Below are positions 56,912-64,000 of a stretch of 64,000 bases of DNA, piece by piece. Positions within the stretch are counted from its first letter, which is position 1, and every line of letters begins with the position of its first letter. The DNA comes from Octopus vulgaris. Lineage: Eukaryota. Under the pieces are notes generated by a model, which saw nothing but the letters and a program-made list of their open reading frames with translations, made no database searches and was not told the DNA's origin. A program made the position numbers and the translations under genes. The DNA lies in assembly GCA_951406725.2 (NCBI GenBank), contig OX597831.1, forward strand, positions 77,872,001 through 77,936,000. The letters are read 5' to 3'.

Positions 56912-57344
56912 ACTACCTACCTATCTAAACTAAATGATAATAGTCTATTGAATCCTGTATTATTCGGAGTTTTCAAAATATTGGCTTCTACTACAAACAC
57001 CACGACTAAAATTGGAGAATTATAGTCGATTAGATCAAACTTAGTGCTTGATTGGTCCTATATTTGATCAGGCCCCCATCTAGGATATAAACGATATGAG
57101 CGGCTTTGGTGGGATTTGAACTATTTTATTTTAAATATCGAATATTAACTTCAGTCTTAATTTCCAACGTAGGCACGCTGCCATATTTATTTAGGAAGAT
57201 GCGAAAATATTGGAGCAGCAAGACTCTATCAATAACTGCTTCGTAATGCCTTGGCGCTGATTCAGTTTTCTTGTGGGTATTGAGTAACCACTGGGATTCT
57301 TTTGCGTGATAACTTACCATTTACACTTTAGCACACCGTCTAAT

Positions 57345-57650
57345 CTTAACCCTAACTGTAACCCTAAACCAAAACCTATACCCAAACCCTAACAATAAAC
57401 TTTAAACTTTAACCCTAACCCTAACTATAAACCCTAAACCTAGTCCTAATTCTAAACCTTAATCCTAACACTAATACTAAGCTGCAACCCTATACTCTAA
57501 CTTTAACTCTAAGCCCTAACCCTAATCCTACCCTTTCGCCAATCATAAGTCACAAACATAACTCTAACACCCATCCCTAAACCCTAACTCTCACCCGAAA
57601 CCTGAAACCTTAACCCCAGCCCATATGCTAAACCCTAGCTCTAAACCTAA
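57345..57650 (+). repeat. Degenerate telomere-like (TAACCC)n tract
   Basis: Repeated taaccc/aaaccc/taactc hexamers. Confidence 0.75.
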
Positions 57651-58939
57651 TCAAAGCTCAGATCAGGCTACTTCTCGTTAAAATAGCACCGAAACTAGTT
57701 AGGTATTGAATTTTCGAAACAGTCAACAAAGAATTCTTTCTGTCATCTCTTGGTCAGCAAGAAATAACAGTCAAGTCTGCCTCGAACTAAACTCGTTGTC
57801 TTAAAATGTGAAGGACAAACTGGGTGACGTAGACCAGTTCCTTTCAAATGATTTAGCTTCAACGTTCCTCTCATCTTTCATCTTGTAAAATCGTTAGCAC
57901 AACATTACACTTGTGTCCTCCACCAAATTTCCTCTAAGGCACTTAAAAGTATCGTTACATCCACATTTATCAAAGACTGATTTAGGTATATATTACCTAT
58001 ATCCACAGAATTAAATGGAACGGCCTTTGAATTAAGACGAAATATTTACAGGACTAAATTTCAGATGAAAAATTTCGGGATCCTTTAAGTAGATCCCTTA
58101 ATTTTCTAGAAACAGCAACCAAGTCTACCTTGCTATGGGGGTCACATTGGATAATATAAAGACATCCGATGAGTAAGTCATTAAAGACAAGGTTGGTCGC
58201 CAAAGATTGAACACTTTTCGTCATAGGTCTATTGGAGATGAGACTAACCACCGCCGCCACCGCGGCAACAGTAGCCATATCAGGGTCCTCTAAACGTTTC
58301 TGTCCGTTTCCCATCGAATGTGTTGGCCATTTTGTAAATTTGGATAAGTTCGAATGCTTTGAGGCATGAGCAACAAAAAAAAAAACACTCTTCAAATCCC
58401 GCATCCTGGGATTTGATCAGCCCTTACTCAGTTATCTGGATGGCGATGAATAGCGTTGGAAGGCCTAAAGCACTTTAATGACCCAAGGAAACATTACTAG
58501 TTATGTTTCGAGGTGCATAACTAAATTAGGGAACAAAAACTAAATTAGGGAAACGATTATTTCTAATACGAAAACTGATGGAATACTAACCATTTTCTTT
58601 GTAATTGATTGAATTTGAAACAACGAATGACAAAATTTGTCCCCTTATTTCTAATTTCCTAGTATAAACTCCTAGTATACGACTCGGATCATTTTTATCG
58701 ACCCCATACTGGAAATACAAAATTCACTCCTTAACTAAATTTGAAGTGAGAACATGGATGGACGCAAAAAACAAAACAAAACAAATAAGTTGGCATAAGT
58801 TTATGGCTGTTAGGGGTTCGGCTACACCGCTTGAGGGAGCCAAGTGAGGGTCGGGATATTTTGGTAAAGAATATATTTTTTCATAAATCGTTCAAATAAT
58901 CTTTTGTTCAGTTTAAAAATACTGCCTACACACTATCTG

Positions 58940-59272
58940 TAAGGGTAAAGCTCCCTTCGGTCATGAATGACCATGGGATTGCAGTTAGAAAGTTACCCTC
59001 TGAGGCACAAGTCCGGGTAAGGTTGTTTATGGAAGACCAGCAGCCGCCCATGCATACCAACCTTCCCTTTCCGCGCCACCGATGTTATTCAAAAGAAAAG
59101 CAAAGACCGATACAGCTTGGCACCTGTGATGTCGCAACTCATTTCTACTGGAGCAACGTGAAATAAAGTGTCTTGCTCAAAAACATAACACACAGACCGG
59201 TCCGGGAAGTGAATTCACTGACTCCTGATTCTGAGACCGACGCTCTAACCACTGAGCCATGAGCCATGCGCT
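58940..59272 (-). mobile_element. SINE family D (tRNA head plus CORE-like domain)
   Basis: Minus: catggctcagtggttagagcgtcggtctcagaatcaggagtcagtgaattcacttcccggacc...ttgagcaagacactttatttcacgttgctccag. Confidence 0.82.
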
Positions 59273-59701
59273 TTCTACTTGTATTTACCTGTAACCCATA
59301 TATAAATCATGTAGATGACAGTGGTCACGAAAATGCTTAGTGAGCAGTTTGAAAGGTAGTCTAAATTTCACATCTAGTCACGGCATTTTGCTAATTGAAT
59401 TAGCATCGACATTCTATACCCGACTTGGATTTATAAACAGTTGAAATGGAGCCCATATTCCATATCTGACATGAGCTTGCAACAAGTTGAAATGTGGCCT
59501 GCATTTCACATCTAACCTGGATATATTACCTGTTGAGATGGAGCCTACATTTCCCATCTAACCAAGACATTTCCCCCGTACTTTGCCGGACAAAAATATT
59601 ACGTTATTTCAAAGCGTTATTTTCCGAAACGACAACGAATCGTTTTTGCATATACATCTGTCACTTCTGTTCTATCAATATGTTTTTCAGTTACAAACCT
59701 A

Positions 59702-59748
<47 letters not shown>

Positions 59749-59749
59749 C

Positions 59750-59782
<33 letters not shown>

Positions 59783-60242
59783 AATATATACTGATAGAAG
59801 AAAGAACATAGATATGTAAGCAAAATGATTCGCTACCATAACAGCATTTGGGAGTAATGTATATGTGCGAGTGAGAAAGTAAGGAATAAGGGGAAGAGGA
59901 AGAAATGGAAAATGGCCAGCCACATTTCTGCTGCATCTCTACAAGAAATCCTTATAACAATTCCATATTTCACATATGGAAGATATCGTACGTTCTTGGA
60001 GAAATTTCTGAATGAAAAAGCCTGTCTGGAATTTTTCATATCACGAAAGCTTCCAGAATGAAAGACGCCCTGGGTAGACTAAGAAATTACACCTGATATC
60101 CCGTTATAATTAATTTCGATCTTTTTATAATGGGATTATGTTGTTATTGTTGTTTTATGGGCTCTGAATAAAGCTTTTGTTGAGCCAAAATATCAGCTGT
60201 TGCCAATTTATGAAAAATTGTATATTGTACTGTAATGACATC

Positions 60243-60279
<37 letters not shown>

Positions 60280-60389
60280 CGTGCGATTTTGTGTGTGTGT
60301 GTGTGTGTATGTACACATACGTACATCCACACGTATAGCTCTCTCTGTTTCTTTATACACATATATACATATATATGTATATATATGTG

Positions 60390-60431
<42 letters not shown>

Positions 60432-62191
60432 GTTTGTATATATATGTATATGTATATATGTGTATATATATATATATATGTATATATATGTATATATATG
60501 TTTGTATATATATGTATATGTATATATGCGTATATATATATATATATATGACTGCATATATGTGGGTATATATGTATATGTATATATATGTATATGTATA
60601 TATATGTGTATGTATGTATATATATATATATATATATATAAAGACTCATGCACATTTATAAGTGTATTTATAGGTTTATATGTCTAAGTTCATGTTTATG
60701 CATCCTAGTTCAAACTTGTATTTCGACCATGACTCCCCTTATATCAAATTGTGACATTCACCCACTCGATGAACAGAAATCGACAAAGTAACTGGCATAA
60801 AGCTGCCTGCATTGTGTCGGAACGGCATTAACTAAAAAAAAAAAAACCTACAGGCGGTATCCCAGTATGGCCGCAGTTGAGCGCCCTTAAGCCTGTTAAT
60901 TAACATAATTACAATAATTACACAGTTTCAAAAGTGAAGCTGTTTTCTGATTTTGCAGTTTACTTTTTCTTGTTGTATTCGTAATATTTTATTTCGGTGG
61001 AAGGGAACGAGATTGGGGCGTGGTTTCATCGAAATATATTAATTCATTATAATATTATAATTTTATTCGTCCGGTTATGTGACTATAAGCTAAGTCGAAA
61101 AGACTAAATGAAAGAGAAGAGTTTGAATGTATATGATGAAAAGTGAGTAAACCATTAAAAAGGACATTAAAAGGCAAAATCGCAAGCACACACACGCATA
61201 CACACACACGCATACATACACGCACACGTGCACACAAGGGTCTGTGACGCATGCGCACAAGGGACTCCTGGCCTGATGGGAACCCAAGTAAATGCTTTTT
61301 AATGGAAATTCAGTCGTTGTTCTTTTATCCCTGAATATTTTTTGCGGTTGTCTTTGTTTCAATTATTAGACTGCGGTCATGCTGGGGCACCGCTTTGAAG
61401 AATTTTAGTCGAACGACTCGACACCCACAAATTAGCTTTGAGGCCTGGTCCCTTATTCTATCGGTCTCGTTTTTCAAAACGTTAGGTTACGGGGACGTAA
61501 ACACGCCAACGCTGGTTATCAAACGGAGGTTATCGAACGCGCACGCGGCGGGCCTCTTTTTTTGCGTCCTGAGTTAAAATTCCGACGAAATTGACTTTGC
61601 CTTTTCTGCATCAGAGATCGATAATAAAAGTACAGATAAAGTATTGAGATCGATATAATCGATTTTACCAACTCCCATCAAGAAGTGTTGGCTCAGTGCC
61701 AAAATTTGAGACTGTTATTGAGTTGGTGTATGTTCGTAAAGTTGTAGAACATCTCGCATGCCGGATAAAATGCTTAGCGACATGCAATTTGTGTTGCAAG
61801 ATTCCTGATGTGAAATAGTGTGTTGAAACAGATATTATTTCGGGACGGTCATTTTTTTTTGCCAAATAACACACGCACTATATATTTTTTCTTCACTCGT
61901 TTATCATTGTTCATATTTTACTATTTCAACTCCGGAAATACTTCGTCACACACCTGTGACCTCTTCAGCGACACTTTTCCCTTTCGTGTGTGTTCTTGCT
62001 CCACTTACTCCACTCTGTTCTTTTAAGGTGTGTATCCTTATGTGTGCATGCGTTCGTGTCCTTGTTTGTGTGTATATGTGTGTGTGAGTATGTTTGTGTG
62101 TGTATCATAGTTTTTAGCAGCAGTGTCGCCCTCCCCTCAGCGCGAGCGCGCGCACACACACACATACATACACACAGACATTCTTGTATTT

Positions 62192-62397
62192 TACGTTTTC
62201 CAGTCATTTTGACTGCGGCCATGCTGTAGCATAGCCTTTAGTCAAATAAATCGAACCAAGGAATTATTCTTTGCAAACCTTAAACGTATTCTATCGGTCG
62301 CTTTTGCCGAACGGCTAAGCCAATGGACGTGAATACACCTACGTCGGTTGTCAAGCGATGGGAGGAGGGACAAATACAGACACACAAATACATATAC

Positions 62398-62459
<62 letters not shown>

Positions 62460-62592
62460 ATACGACAAGCTTCTTTCAGTTTCCATCTACAAAATCCACT
62501 CACAATGCTTTGGTCGACCAGAGGCTAAAGTAGAAGGTCTCTCGCAGTGAGACTGAACCCGGAACCATGTGGTTGGGAAGCAAGCTTCTTAC
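62192..62592 (-). mobile_element. SINE family C
   Basis: Reverse complement of family C with internal (TA)n. Confidence 0.82.
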
Positions 62593-62692
62593 ACAGTTTC
62601 TGTCTGCATAAGGCAGTGTTAGACCAGGGTCTATATTAGAGAATGCCTGCCCAAGGCGGCACGGTGCAGGAGACTGTACCTGTAACCACCTG

Positions 62693-63036
62693 TTACCTCC
62701 GCCTTAGAGAAGGCGGGGGTATTAGGTTCAGTCGTATTTGTTTGTTTGGTCGAGGACAAGACATCTCAAGAACTGCTGGATGGATTCGGGTGAACCTTTC
62801 AGGGATATTTGGCCTCGGGACTGGCACGAAATTATTAGGTTGTGGGATCGATCCGGAACAGGATTATTTTTTTATTCAATTTTTGAGAGCGTTTGGGTTC
62901 ATTTTTAGTATTCTCGTTTGTGAGAGCAGTCGAGTTTATTTCAGATATTCACATTTTAAAAATCATCTCCGCTAATCGTTGAGACGACATCGGTGTTGCC
63001 TTGGCGGAGGTTTGCGCTCTCTGAGTGCTCTTGTTT
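62693..63036 (+). mobile_element. Helentron-associated HINE/DINE-1-like non-autonomous element
   Basis: Sub-terminal inverted repeats ACCTCCGCC...GGCGG(G)GGT near the 5' end and GGCGGAGGT near the 3' end; (TTTG) microsatellite; terminal hairpin GCGCTCTCTGAGTGC; T-rich ends. Confidence 0.75.
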
Positions 63037-63721
63037 ACAATGCGGAGCTTCTTAAAACATGCAGCCATTAGTTGTTCCTGTAGATATTTCTATATATCTT
63101 CTGTTAAAAGAGAGAGACAAAAAATGAAGCTTTTCCAAATCTCAGAAAACTAAAAATTAAAATGGCGAATCGCTCGCTGACAAAAAAGAAAAAAAAAAGC
63201 CCAGAAAGATACAATGTCTAGAAGTACTGAAATAACAGAGCCTGAGGATAGAGCACGGGGTGGTGGGCCCCGTTCGGAGGGGAGCAAAACAACAATAACA
63301 ACATTTAAGAGAAGTCCTATTTCAAAAGAGTTGCTTTTTAATTGTTGACTGGGACGCTTTAAAATGTTACTGTAGATAGTAGGAAGTGTATACAGCAGTC
63401 TCGGTAAATACAGTATGTAGAATGTGTATATAATCGGAACGGAGATACGCGATAAAAGGAAGTTCTGTTCACACGCACGTACATACACTTTCATATATAT
63501 GCATACACTTGCGCGCGCACACATGGTATTAGTTGTACATGAATATATGTCTACATGCATGCATATCCGTATTTGGGATGGTATGTGTGTTTGGCTTTAT
63601 ATGCACACACACACGCATACGCATACACTTACACACACGTGCACACAAACACTCATAGGCATAAATACATACGTGCATGCATTATCTATCTACCTATCTA
63701 TTCCCCCCCCCATTCAGTTTC

Positions 63722-63768
<47 letters not shown>

Positions 63769-63926
63769 GTGTATGTATGTATGAATGTATATATATGCAT
63801 GTATATATATATATATATGATGTATATATATGATGTATATATATATATACATATATATATACACATATAATATGTATAAATACATATGATGTATACACAT
63901 AAAATATTTATATATACATATACATG

Positions 63927-63995
<69 letters not shown>

Positions 63996-64000
63996 ATGTA

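Overview
Repeat-saturated, AT-rich eukaryotic DNA that looks intronic or intergenic. It is most likely cephalopod (Octopus-like), an inference from the tRNA-headed SINE types and extreme microsatellite density. No intact host gene can be supported, and nearly all listed ORFs are microsatellite artefacts. The supportable content is four tRNA-derived SINE families (labelled A-D here), decayed LINE fragments (RTE, CR1, Dong/R4, and a 2.3-kb Tx1-clade copy inside an (ATCT)n tract), two non-autonomous Helitrons, a Helentron-like HINE, mariner derivatives, MITEs and many simple repeats. Most interesting observations: (1) at least four different short repeat families, mostly (TA)n-associated or fold-back, carry minimal hammerhead-ribozyme-like motifs of the Penelope type, two with a U3-A8 compensatory swap; (2) one SINE is retroposed as 184-bp head-to-tail multimers inside single target-site duplications; (3) a compact GC-rich RNA-structure island with a pseudoknot lies near 23.8 kb; (4) one SINE head is joined to three different tails; (5) a few unique islands have splice-site or promoter signatures and may belong to a large host gene.
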